Assembly (NCBI GenBank): GCA_036337435.1
Contig: JAYZEG010000033.1
Span: 1,916 to 65,915, forward strand
Source of the DNA: Myxococcota bacterium
GTDB lineage: Bacteria; Myxococcota_A; Bradymonadia; UBA7976; UBA1532
DNA: 64,000 bases
Direction: 5' to 3'
Positions 47,258 to 56,100 of the stretch are shown piece by piece; position 1 is the first letter of the stretch; the number at the start of each line of letters is the position of its first letter. Under the pieces are notes generated by a model. It was not told the origin of the DNA and made no database searches. It worked only from the letters and a program-made list of their open reading frames with translations. The translations under genes and the position numbers were made by a program.

Positions 47258-47908
47258 CTATATCAGTAAACCGCCGAGGGTAAGTACATCCGCGAGACGA
47301 CGCCCATGACGATGTTTTTCGGGTACGGTCTCGATCCCAGCCAGGAGCATCTGTCCGTGCTCAGTCAGGCAGCGGGCGGCATGATCGATCCAAACGTATC
47401 GAGCGCTCGAATCATCCTTATTGAGCGCATACTGAACATGTTCGGAGAATGCGCGTAACTCTTGGGCCGCCGCGATTGCAGAGGATCGTTTTTTGAGTAG
47501 CTCATTGCGCTCTTTTTCCAACGATTCAAGACGAGACGCCTCTTCCCACTGCTTCGACTTTGATTTGAGAAGGCGGTTTTTTGAACGTTGCTCGGCTGCG
47601 TGTTTGATTTGAACGCTGAGTGTATTCAAGCGCCGCTCAGTGGATGGTAGGTCAGCTTGCAGCGCACCGAGATTTACTTTTAATTCATTAATCCGGCGGA
47701 TCTGTTTTGTATACTCTGTATTGATGCGGATAAAGCCCAACTCTTCCAAAGATGCAAACAGTATGTCGGCTGCGTCTGAATTCGCCGGGCTTGATTCATC
47801 AACAAGCATTGAATCGAGTGGAGGGCCGTTGACAATGCGCTTCAGTGCATCGAAAATTACAGCACATTCGCTATTTCCAAGCCGTGCATATGGTGCTAGC
47901 TCATTCAT
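47258..47908 (-). CDS. Hypothetical coiled-coil protein (216 aa)
   Basis: Long heptad-like, Lys/Glu/Leu-rich central segment (RRINELKVNLGALQADL...LESLEKERNELLKKR). No recognisable family. Confidence 0.55.
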   Translation of the reverse strand: MNELAPYARLGNSECAVIFDALKRIVNGPPLDSMLVDESSPANSDAADILFASLEELGFIRINTEYTKQIRRINELKVNLGALQADLPSTERRLNTLSVQIKHAAEQRSKNRLLKSKSKQWEEASRLESLEKERNELLKKRSSAIAAAQELRAFSEHVQYALNKDDSSARYVWIDHAARCLTEHGQMLLAGIETVPEKHRHGRRLADVLTLGGLLI

Positions 47909-47914
47909 TATTGT

Positions 47915-48022
47915 CCGAAAGTGAACGTCTCAGATGAAGCCACTGTACCGAAGAGCGTGCCCCGGGTCACTCAAGTAAGTGAATCAGATTGTTCAAAAAT
48001 GGAAAGTTCACTTCACTTTCGG
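47915..48022. repeat. 11-bp inverted repeat pair CCGAAAGTGAA (47915-47925) / TTCACTTTCGG (48012-48022) in a divergent spacer
   Basis: Read directly. Additional AGTGAA half-sites occur at about 47978 and 48006-48011. Confidence 0.4.
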
Positions 48023-48145
48023 GGCAAGACCGAGGCAAGATGCGGCCGCCTGGTTTGATTGAAAGCGAAATCATTGGCCTGGCAATGTTGGATAGTGCCG
48101 GAGCAGGGCGTCTGGCTAGTCAAACCTGGATGTGAAGGAATTGAA

Positions 48146-49423
48146 ATGAACGGATCATTGAGTGACTCAACAGAGTTTGATGTTTGCATCGTCGGAACCG
48201 GCCGGGTGGGTCTGCCACTCGCCTTGTCGATGTTGGAATCGGGTCTACGAGTTACGGGCTTGGATGTTGATCCTAGCATTAGAGAATCGATCAATCGAGG
48301 CATCATGCCTTTTGCTGAGCCAGGCTACGATGAGTTGATTGCACAGCAAACCCTCCAAGTATCAGGTGACCCCTCGATCGTTGAATCGGCTGCATCGATT
48401 ATTATTACTGTAGGAACGCCCCTTCACACTCACATTGAAACGGATCTGGACCAAATACGGAGGGTATTGGACAGCATCGGTCCACACCTTCGGGCGGGCC
48501 AATTAGTTTGCTTGAGAAGCACTGTAGGCCCGGGTACGACGCAATTCGTTGAAAAATGGATCGAACGGAACACGGCACTGAGGGTGGGTGATACCTTGTC
48601 ACTGGCGTTTTGCCCAGAACGAATCGCTGAGGGCAAAGCGTACGAAGAGCTTCGGACTCTAACTCAGATTATCGGCACAGAAGATCGGAGGAGTGCACAG
48701 CGGGCCGAACAACTCTTCAGTGGTCTGGCCCCAGATGTGATGCATACCGATTATGTCAGTGCAGAACTGGTTAAACTGTTCAACAACATCGCACGCTACG
48801 TCCACTTTGCGGTCGCCAATCAATTTGCCCTCGTCGCCGATACGTTTGGGGCCAACATTTACGAAATCCGACGCATGGCAAATCATAATTATCCCCGGAG
48901 TCACATTGCGATGCCGGGACTGACTGCGGGCACCTGTCTTAGAAAAGACTTCGGCATGATCAACGAGTGGAGTCCATACCCAGACATGCTACTCGCAGCA
49001 TGGAAAATGAACGAGTTTATTCCAACATTCTTGGTCACCCACCTGAAGCAGAGGACCGCGATACACGACCAGAAGGTCGCCGTCTTGGGCTATACATTTA
49101 AGATGGATACAGACGATACACGGGACAGTTTGGTGCCCAAACTTGTGCGCTATTTAGAGCGAGAAATGCCATCTGAAATCCGGGTGAGCGATCACCATCT
49201 TGAGGCTGAGATTCAGCTCAGTCCATCTCGCAGACTTGAAAATTGGAGCGCGGCGGACGCATGTCGCGACGCTGATTGTATCTTCGTCGCGACCAATCAC
49301 AGTGGCTATGACACCATTCTAAAGCAGGTCGGTCAGGACAACCCTCAAGCCTGGGTTGTCGATATTTGGAATGTGGGTAAAGCTGATAAAATTTTCTACC
49401 AAGCTGACGTGCTTCGGGATTAG
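48146..49423 (+). CDS. Nucleotide-sugar dehydrogenase (UDP-glucose/GDP-mannose dehydrogenase family)
   Basis: Rossmann motif VCIVGTGRVGLPLA and the catalytic-Cys context GLTAGTCLRKDF. ATG at 48146 has GAAGGA upstream. Confidence 0.88.
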   Translation: MNGSLSDSTEFDVCIVGTGRVGLPLALSMLESGLRVTGLDVDPSIRESINRGIMPFAEPGYDELIAQQTLQVSGDPSIVESAASIIITVGTPLHTHIETDLDQIRRVLDSIGPHLRAGQLVCLRSTVGPGTTQFVEKWIERNTALRVGDTLSLAFCPERIAEGKAYEELRTLTQIIGTEDRRSAQRAEQLFSGLAPDVMHTDYVSAELVKLFNNIARYVHFAVANQFALVADTFGANIYEIRRMANHNYPRSHIAMPGLTAGTCLRKDFGMINEWSPYPDMLLAAWKMNEFIPTFLVTHLKQRTAIHDQKVAVLGYTFKMDTDDTRDSLVPKLVRYLEREMPSEIRVSDHHLEAEIQLSPSRRLENWSAADACRDADCIFVATNHSGYDTILKQVGQDNPQAWVVDIWNVGKADKIFYQADVLRD

Positions 49424-49434
49424 GGAGATAAAGG

Positions 49435-50415
49435 ATGCAGACACATCTAGTAACGGGCGGAAGCGGCTTCATAGGTGCTGGGCTTGTCAAAGAGTTGCTC
49501 GCCGAGAACCATCGGGTTCGCGTCTTCGATGATAATTCACGCGGTCATCTGAGGCGTCTGGCTGATGTGATCGACAAACTCGAATTCATCGAAGGAAACG
49601 TCTGTGATGGAGATGCTGTCCGCCGCGCGACTGAGGGATGCGACGTCGTTTGGCACCTTGCCTATATTAATGGAACACGCCACTTCTATGAACGCCCAGA
49701 TGCGGTCCTCGAAGTGGGGGTTAAAGGCACCCTGAACACGATTGATGCAGCCATTGAAAGTGGGGTCACACGGTATGTTTTTGCCAGCACGAGCGAGACC
49801 TACAATACGCCAACGCATATTCCGACCACGGAGACGGAGCGTTTGATGATCCCGGATATCACGAATCCGAGATTCAGCTACGGTGGTGGAAAAATTACAG
49901 GTGAGTTGCTCACACTGCACTACGCGGGCCGTCGTGGTCTAGAAACGGTCATCGTCAGACCGCATAATATCTATGGTCCGGATATGGGTTTTGCGCACGT
50001 GATACCGGAAGTCATCGAACGAATCATTGATGTCACGGACGGATTGACCAACACACGTGTGGAATTGGATATACAGGGCGATGGGAGTGAGACCCGGGCA
50101 TTCTGCTACATAGATGACGGCGCGCGGGGCTTTCGAATCGCAGGCGTACAGGGTGAGACCGGCCATGTTTATCATTTGGGACAAACCCATGAAGTAAGCA
50201 TTGCCGATTTGATTTTAAGCATTGGGCGCGTCCTTGGCGTTGAACTGAGCCTCAAACCGGGTCCATTGCGTGCAGGTGGGACTCATAGACGTTGTCCGGA
50301 TGTGAGTAAATTGGAAGCTCTGGGTTATCGTGCTCAGGTCGACTTAGACGACGGACTCGGGAAAACAGTCGAATGGTATGCGCGTACTTTTATGGCAAGA
50401 CGAAGCGGTAAATAA
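49435..50415 (+). CDS. NAD-dependent sugar epimerase/dehydratase (extended SDR)
   Basis: VTGGSGFIGAGL Rossmann motif and a YxxxK catalytic pair (SYGGGKITGE). The length and layout resemble UDP-glucuronate decarboxylase or 4,6-dehydratase enzymes. Confidence 0.88.
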   Translation: MQTHLVTGGSGFIGAGLVKELLAENHRVRVFDDNSRGHLRRLADVIDKLEFIEGNVCDGDAVRRATEGCDVVWHLAYINGTRHFYERPDAVLEVGVKGTLNTIDAAIESGVTRYVFASTSETYNTPTHIPTTETERLMIPDITNPRFSYGGGKITGELLTLHYAGRRGLETVIVRPHNIYGPDMGFAHVIPEVIERIIDVTDGLTNTRVELDIQGDGSETRAFCYIDDGARGFRIAGVQGETGHVYHLGQTHEVSIADLILSIGRVLGVELSLKPGPLRAGGTHRRCPDVSKLEALGYRAQVDLDDGLGKTVEWYARTFMARRSGK

Positions 50416-50418
50416 GTT

Positions 50419-51396
50419 GTGGAAACCGACGTTAAAAACGCTCATCCGTTGCCTCAGGATGTCTTACACAAATTAAAGCGGCGCTCTGTGCTCGTGACCG
50501 GAGCCAACGGTTTCCTCGGAGAGTATGTTTGCCGCTCACTCAAAGCAGCCGGCGCATGCCTCTTGGTGCCCGGTCGGTCGGAGCTGGACCTGTCAAACCA
50601 AGCTCAGGTCGAGCAATATTTCTGTGCAAACACACCTGAATTTGTTGTTCACTTAGCTGCCGAATGTGGCGGCATAGGCGCAAATCTTGAGAATCCCGGT
50701 CGATACCTCTATGCCAATGCCCTGATGGGTCTGTTGCTCATTGAAGCATCGCGAAAGTTTGGGGTCGAAAAATTCGTTCTCATCAGTACCACCTGTGCTT
50801 ACCCGAAGGATGCACCAATACCGCTCAAAGAAGACACCATTTGCGACGGACCACCGGTCGGGGCAACTGGGCCCTATGGTCTAGCGAAACGCTTGCTACA
50901 CGACGCCTTGTTCGCCTACAAAGCCCAATATAATTTCAACGGGGTCGTTCTAGTCCCTGCAAATTTATACGGGCCTGGTGATCACTTCGAACCTGATCGC
51001 AGCCATGTTGTGCCTGCGATGATTAGACGCTACGTCGATGCGAAGGCAGCCATGCTGCCCTATGTTGTCAATTGGGGAACGGGTCAACCGTCCCGTGAGT
51101 TTCTTCATGCACGAGATGCAGCTGAAGCGATTACTTTGGCCCTGGTGCGCCATTCAGATCCCGCTCCAGTCAATCTTGGCACCGGGGTTGAAACGCCAAT
51201 AGCCGAATTGGCTCAGTACATCGCACAGCACGCCCAATACGAGGGCGAGCTCAGGTGGGACACAAGCAAACCCGATGGTCAGCCGAGACGATGCCTCGAT
51301 ACAAGTCGTGCAGCCGCCTTTGGCTTTAAAGCACGGACCACACTCTCGAACGGGCTTCAAGAAACCGTCGCTTGGTACAAAAAGCAATGTCGATAA
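50419..51396 (+). CDS. fcl: GDP-L-fucose synthase-like 3,5-epimerase/4-reductase
   Basis: VLVTGANGFLG, and PANLYGPGDHFEPDRSHVVPAMIRR matches the Fcl/WcaG-family segment NLYGPxDNF...SHVxPAxIR. GTG start; the true start could be slightly downstream. Confidence 0.8.
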   Translation: METDVKNAHPLPQDVLHKLKRRSVLVTGANGFLGEYVCRSLKAAGACLLVPGRSELDLSNQAQVEQYFCANTPEFVVHLAAECGGIGANLENPGRYLYANALMGLLLIEASRKFGVEKFVLISTTCAYPKDAPIPLKEDTICDGPPVGATGPYGLAKRLLHDALFAYKAQYNFNGVVLVPANLYGPGDHFEPDRSHVVPAMIRRYVDAKAAMLPYVVNWGTGQPSREFLHARDAAEAITLALVRHSDPAPVNLGTGVETPIAELAQYIAQHAQYEGELRWDTSKPDGQPRRCLDTSRAAAFGFKARTTLSNGLQETVAWYKKQCR

Positions 51397-51492
51397 ACTT
51401 ACTGTTAGATTTCCGAAAGAAAGAGGGATAAACTTTCGCTTAAGAAGAAGCAGGGGGGCTTTTTTTTAGAGGCAGGCCGAAAGGAATCAAGG

Positions 51493-52398
51493 ATGATCGA
51501 GGTGAGACGTTACCAAGCGTCTAACTTTTTGGAAGTCACAACGTTTCTACGTTCAATTCAATCGCTTGATCCCGACTTTGATGCGCCTGAAGAAGCAGCC
51601 TTCGCGAGTTTCGTTAATCAATCAGTCAATCGCGGCGGCAAGGACTTCCGGCTGGCCTACGTCGGAGACCGCTTGGTTGGGGCGTTATTTTCGGGTCGCT
51701 ACCGGGTTCTTGACCGCGCACACTGGGTGCGCGGTTTTAGAATTATTGTGAATCCGCAAGGCCGCGCTTTAGGTGCAGCTGACATACTGCATGACGTCTT
51801 GAATGATCAAGATAAAGACAGCGAACTCATTCATAGAACCGTGCTTGCTGGTGAGCAGTCATGCGATTCCGACTTGCTCAATGACCGAGGTTTTGAGCTC
51901 GTTCAACGAATCATGGTCATGCGTCGTCAAGGCCCTCCGCCTCCGCTGACTGTCTTGCCGCCGGACTTCACGCTTCGCGATGCAGACATCCAGCAAGACG
52001 CTCCGTTCATCACGCAACTCAGTAACGTTGCAAATCGACGGACCTTTGGGTTTGCGCCATTGCTTGAAAGCGAACTGAAGGAAACCGTCGATGCACCTGG
52101 CGGTCGTTTATTGGTGCTGGAGTCGAAGAGAGGCCGCGTGGTGGGGTCCGCCCAAACTCTTCCTTTCTTTGATAACATCGGTGTTCTCCACAGTGTCTAC
52201 GTTGACCCCGAGTTCCAAGGTCGCGGACTGGGTCGATTTCTGGTTTTAGCCGCATTAAATGCACTCGCCCAACATGGGTTTAGACGTATTGAGCTCAGCG
52301 TCGACGAGAAAAATATTACAGCCAACAACTTGTATAGTACTCTGGATTTTGAGGTCTATCGCGTAGACGAAACATTCGAACGTATTCGAGCTAAATGA
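51493..52398 (+). CDS. Two-domain GNAT N-acetyltransferase
   Basis: The C-terminal domain carries the acetyl-CoA motif V..EFQGRGLGRFL. The N-terminal half has a weaker copy (VNPQGRALGAA). SD AAGGAA. Confidence 0.8.
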   Translation: MIEVRRYQASNFLEVTTFLRSIQSLDPDFDAPEEAAFASFVNQSVNRGGKDFRLAYVGDRLVGALFSGRYRVLDRAHWVRGFRIIVNPQGRALGAADILHDVLNDQDKDSELIHRTVLAGEQSCDSDLLNDRGFELVQRIMVMRRQGPPPPLTVLPPDFTLRDADIQQDAPFITQLSNVANRRTFGFAPLLESELKETVDAPGGRLLVLESKRGRVVGSAQTLPFFDNIGVLHSVYVDPEFQGRGLGRFLVLAALNALAQHGFRRIELSVDEKNITANNLYSTLDFEVYRVDETFERIRAK

Positions 52399-53348
52399 AT
52401 TTACTCATCACGGGTATCAGCGGGGCCATCGGCCAAGCGGTCGTCAAATATCTCACTCATCACAACCGATTCGGGCGAATCCTCGCAATCGACAGGCAAC
52501 CGCCGTCACGGCTTGGTCCATGCCACTTTATCAAAGCCAATCTCAATCAAATTGAGCTGGCTGACATTCTCATTACCCACGATATTCAATGCGTCATTCA
52601 TCTCGCAGGAGCAGGCCAGAGTGGCAATCCAAGAATGGAGTCGCAGACTGCACTGAAGGTTCTGAAAGCAGCCGCCGCCGCTGGGTGCGACCGTGTCGTT
52701 ATCCCGAGTCGAGATTGGGTTTATCGGTCCAGCGATGAGCCGAGCACCGAGAGTGCGCCCTTGCGTGTATCACGATTGATGAGCAAGGGCTTGAGTGCGG
52801 CAAAAACTCATTTTGCTGCACGTTTAGGGTGGGCACCGGTGGAAGCAAAGCTGCTGCTGGAGTCTGTTATTTCTAATTTCATCAACAATGGGCCAGCCTG
52901 TGGCGTTGTTGTTCCGCGATTTTGTACAGTCCTCAGTGATTCACAGACGCTCGCGATTCGACAATTATTTGATGCGCCGTTTTTACTGTCATCGCAGAAG
53001 AATGAGCCTCGCTTTCAATTTTTGCACATCGATGACGCCGCACGCTTTCTAATTACATGTGCACATAAGGCTGGTTTGTCCGGAGCCTACAATGTGGCAG
53101 GACACGATCAACTGACTCTGACGGCTGTGGCGGGCATTTTGGAGAAGCGGATTATCCACCTACCAAACTGGATCTTTGGGTTTGTCTTAAACATCTTTGC
53201 CCGCCTTCGCTTATTTGGATTCAGCCAGAGTGCATTGGTCAAGTTGCAACTCGCCACAGCACTCTCTGTTGAACGGGCATCAGAGGTGCTTGGCAAACCA
53301 ACATTGACCAGCAGACAGGCACTTGCGCTGTGGCGAACGACTCAATGA
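52395..53348 (+). CDS. Atypical SDR / NAD-dependent epimerase-family protein
   Basis: N-terminal LITGISGAIGQAV Rossmann-like motif, about 317 aa. ATGA overlap with the GNAT stop. Confidence 0.65.
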   Translation: MNLLITGISGAIGQAVVKYLTHHNRFGRILAIDRQPPSRLGPCHFIKANLNQIELADILITHDIQCVIHLAGAGQSGNPRMESQTALKVLKAAAAAGCDRVVIPSRDWVYRSSDEPSTESAPLRVSRLMSKGLSAAKTHFAARLGWAPVEAKLLLESVISNFINNGPACGVVVPRFCTVLSDSQTLAIRQLFDAPFLLSSQKNEPRFQFLHIDDAARFLITCAHKAGLSGAYNVAGHDQLTLTAVAGILEKRIIHLPNWIFGFVLNIFARLRLFGFSQSALVKLQLATALSVERASEVLGKPTLTSRQALALWRTTQ

Positions 53349-53440
53349 ACGCACGACTGCCCCTGCTGGATGGTCTGCACTAGAAATCAATTCGTGAACG
53401 CGTTAGCGTCCCGGATGACCAATACAAACGAGTCGAGTTT

Positions 53441-53722
53441 ATGAGTGCATCAAAGAAAAAGAAGTCCAAAGGCCGTCAGAAGAGTAAAGCGGCCGTTGAG
53501 CGAGACCGACTGAGAGCTGATAAAGCAGGGTCAAGTCAAGGAGCACACGGCTCCGTCGAGGTGCCCCAATATCGAGGCGGTGTCATGAGTAACCTGCGGG
53601 GGGGCTTTCAGTCGGCAGTCGGCCAAGGCGAGACGAAAGGTAAGGGCAGCACGTTAAACAACATCATTTGGATCGCTCTCATCGGTGCTGCGGTCTTCAT
53701 GTTGGTTAAACAATTTCAGTGA
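53441..53722 (+). CDS. Small basic tail-anchored membrane protein (93 aa)
   Basis: Lys-rich N-terminus (SKKKKSKGRQKSK) and a C-terminal TM helix (IIWIALIGAAVFMLV). It overlaps the next gene by 4 nt. Confidence 0.5.
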   Translation: MSASKKKKSKGRQKSKAAVERDRLRADKAGSSQGAHGSVEVPQYRGGVMSNLRGGFQSAVGQGETKGKGSTLNNIIWIALIGAAVFMLVKQFQ

Positions 53723-54600
53723 AACCGATCCAACTGCAGCAAAAAACCGTACCGGTGAGCGGCCTCAACTATCGACTTAACGTTTGGGACGGAGGCGGCG
53801 ATACGACCGTCTTCTTACTGCATGGATATCTGGACTGTGGGCTCAACTGGTCATTCTTCGTTGATGCTCTTGGTTCATTTGATTGGCATGTGGTCGCGCC
53901 CGATTGGCGCGGTCACGGAGAGTCTGATTGGGTCGGTGTCGGCGGCTACTACCACTTCACCGATTATGTGCGAGATCTACACCAATTGGTCAAACGTATT
54001 GCCCGCCAGCGCATTATCATTGTGGGGCATTCAATGGGTGCCATGGTCGCTGTACATTGGCTGAGTACGCGCCCCGCAAATATCCTTGGATGTATTTTGG
54101 CTGAGGCGGTTGGTCCCCAACCTTTATCGGCCGACGATTACCCAAAGCGACTCGGTCAATGGCTGAAACAAACAGCACCTTTTGACCCGGCTCAAGTCCA
54201 GCGTCCACTGAACGACCTCACCGATGCCGGAAAACGAATTGCGCGCCAATACCGCTCAATGTCACCAGACCGAGTGATGCAAATTGCACGAAACTCGACC
54301 CGAAAGCGGGCCGACGGTCAGCTGGTATGGAAATTTGATCCACTTCATCGAACAATTGCGCCCATGCCCGGTTTTCCCTCGATCACTGACGCATACTTGA
54401 AGGCAATCGAATGTCCGCTATACTGGATTGGTGGAGAAAATAGTTTGTTTTTAAGACCTGAACTGCACAAATGGCTTGACCAGGCGCAGAATATCGCCAA
54501 AGTAACGCTTTCTGATACTGGTCATATGCTTCACACTGAAAATCCGATGGCATTAGGCATTGAAGTGAAGCGTTTCATCCATAGCTTAGACAGAAGCTAA
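53719..54600 (+). CDS. Alpha/beta-fold hydrolase
   Basis: HGYLD oxyanion region, nucleophile elbow GHSMGA, and a C-terminal GHMLH catalytic His context. Confidence 0.85.
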   Translation: MKPIQLQQKTVPVSGLNYRLNVWDGGGDTTVFLLHGYLDCGLNWSFFVDALGSFDWHVVAPDWRGHGESDWVGVGGYYHFTDYVRDLHQLVKRIARQRIIIVGHSMGAMVAVHWLSTRPANILGCILAEAVGPQPLSADDYPKRLGQWLKQTAPFDPAQVQRPLNDLTDAGKRIARQYRSMSPDRVMQIARNSTRKRADGQLVWKFDPLHRTIAPMPGFPSITDAYLKAIECPLYWIGGENSLFLRPELHKWLDQAQNIAKVTLSDTGHMLHTENPMALGIEVKRFIHSLDRS

Positions 54601-54619
54601 GCGGAGATAAGGAGCTGAT

Positions 54620-54952
54620 ATGGCAACGTACATCACTGATGAATGCATCAATTGTGGTGCCTGCGAGCCGGAATGTCCCAATAACGCAATCTCAGAGGGC
54701 GATGAGTATTTCGTGATTGACCCGAACCTCTGTACGGAGTGCGTCGGCTTTCACGGAGATGAAGCCTGCCAAACGGTATGTCCTGTAGAGTGCTGCATCC
54801 CGGACCCAGACCATCGCGAACAGGAAGGCGACCTGCTCGCCAAGGCCATCAAGCTGCACCCTGGTCAGGGTTTCCCAACGGAGGATCAATTGGACGAGAC
54901 AACATCTCGGTTTCGAAATCCCGATTGGATCAACGAAGGCCGAGACGACTGA
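54620..54952 (+). CDS. yfhL: YfhL-type 2x[4Fe-4S] ferredoxin
   Basis: CINCGACEPECP and CTECVGFHGDEACQTVCP cluster motifs. AAGGAG RBS. Confidence 0.9.
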   Translation: MATYITDECINCGACEPECPNNAISEGDEYFVIDPNLCTECVGFHGDEACQTVCPVECCIPDPDHREQEGDLLAKAIKLHPGQGFPTEDQLDETTSRFRNPDWINEGRDD

Positions 54953-54981
54953 CCAAGTTTGAGGGCGGGAGACCGTCAAAT

Positions 54982-56100
54982 TCAGTCCTGCTTCAAAACA
55001 ACCCAATCACCGTACTGTTCGAGCTGCTCGAATAGTGCGTGACGCGTCTCGGTTTTCGGCAAAGCGACGACAACCGGATAGGCGATCACTTGCATCAATC
55101 GACGCCAATCGGCGTGAGGAATGACCTCGCTATTTAAAAAACGCAGCAATTCATCGAGGGATTTCGAGCCGTCTTTAGGGACACATCCGTGCGGCACCAG
55201 CCCGCCGTCTTTGAGTTGGGCCAAGGTATTGAATATGGAGACTTGTTCTCCCTGATAGGTCGTCTCCCCATCCGCGACTCCGTCGATCAGGAATTCGTCG
55301 TTGTACCCACCCATCTCCAAGTCTAAGGGAATTCCTTTGAGGCGCGCACGAGCCGGGCAGAGCCGCCTTGCCCAAAGCACCTCTGCACCGCCGCGTTGAC
55401 TCCGTAAGCGGATTGGAATCAACTCTCCTTCACTCGCGTAATCACCATCGATCTCGGGGATGTCGATCCCCACTTTTTCCCACTGCAAACGTGCATCCTG
55501 AAATCGACCGAGAGCTGTATATGCGATGCCTAAATTCCAGTGACACGCCTGGTCATCAGATCGGAATCTTAGCACCGTTTCAAAGGCTGCGGCCGAGGCA
55601 GCCCACTCATTCTCAAGTTTCTTGATGACGCCCAAATTGAACTGAGCACTCATATCACCCGGTAATGCCTTTGCCGCTGTGGTCACGAGTGGCGTTGCTG
55701 TTTCGATGAATTCCCATTGTAGCAGTAAGTGGCCTAAGTCACTTTGAAAGGCTGGGCCATGCTGTTCGGACATTGCGGAAATATGTTCCGCCACCTCTTG
55801 AGCACCGCGCCGATCACCCAAACCATATAAGACGGTGCCAATCCAATCTTCCGCAACACGCCCCAAACGGTCTGGTGGCAGGTCCGAATTCCATGCCGCT
55901 TCCAGAATATGCAGTGAGAGCGGGTACATCCGGTGCTGTCGCAAATGATCCAAGACTTGGAACAAAACAGTGGCCTCTTGGCCTTCGAGCCAATCGACGA
56001 GCCGAGTCCCCAGCGAAGTCGCATCATCAAACTGTGGATCGTAGCGCTCGATATCCTGCTTTAGTTCATCGGGTAATCCGTCAAGTGATTCTTTTTTCAC
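54982..56100 (-). CDS. TPR-repeat protein
   Basis: TPR-like helices (AQFNLGVIKKLENEWAASAAAFETVLRF, CHWNLGIAYTALGRFQDARLQWEKV). The start overlaps the ettA stop by 4 nt. Confidence 0.7.
   Translation of the reverse strand: MKKESLDGLPDELKQDIERYDPQFDDATSLGTRLVDWLEGQEATVLFQVLDHLRQHRMYPLSLHILEAAWNSDLPPDRLGRVAEDWIGTVLYGLGDRRGAQEVAEHISAMSEQHGPAFQSDLGHLLLQWEFIETATPLVTTAAKALPGDMSAQFNLGVIKKLENEWAASAAAFETVLRFRSDDQACHWNLGIAYTALGRFQDARLQWEKVGIDIPEIDGDYASEGELIPIRLRSQRGGAEVLWARRLCPARARLKGIPLDLEMGGYNDEFLIDGVADGETTYQGEQVSIFNTLAQLKDGGLVPHGCVPKDGSKSLDELLRFLNSEVIPHADWRRLMQVIAYPVVVALPKTETRHALFEQLEQYGDWVVLKQD

Noticed and set aside
51444-51468. Terminator-like GAAGAAGC-AGGGGG-GCTTTTTTTT after the fcl-like gene
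   Set aside because: The G-C part of the stem is only 2 bp and the rest is A-U/G-U pairing with the T-run itself. It is not convincing as an intrinsic terminator, and the next gene follows 25 nt later in what looks like the same operon.
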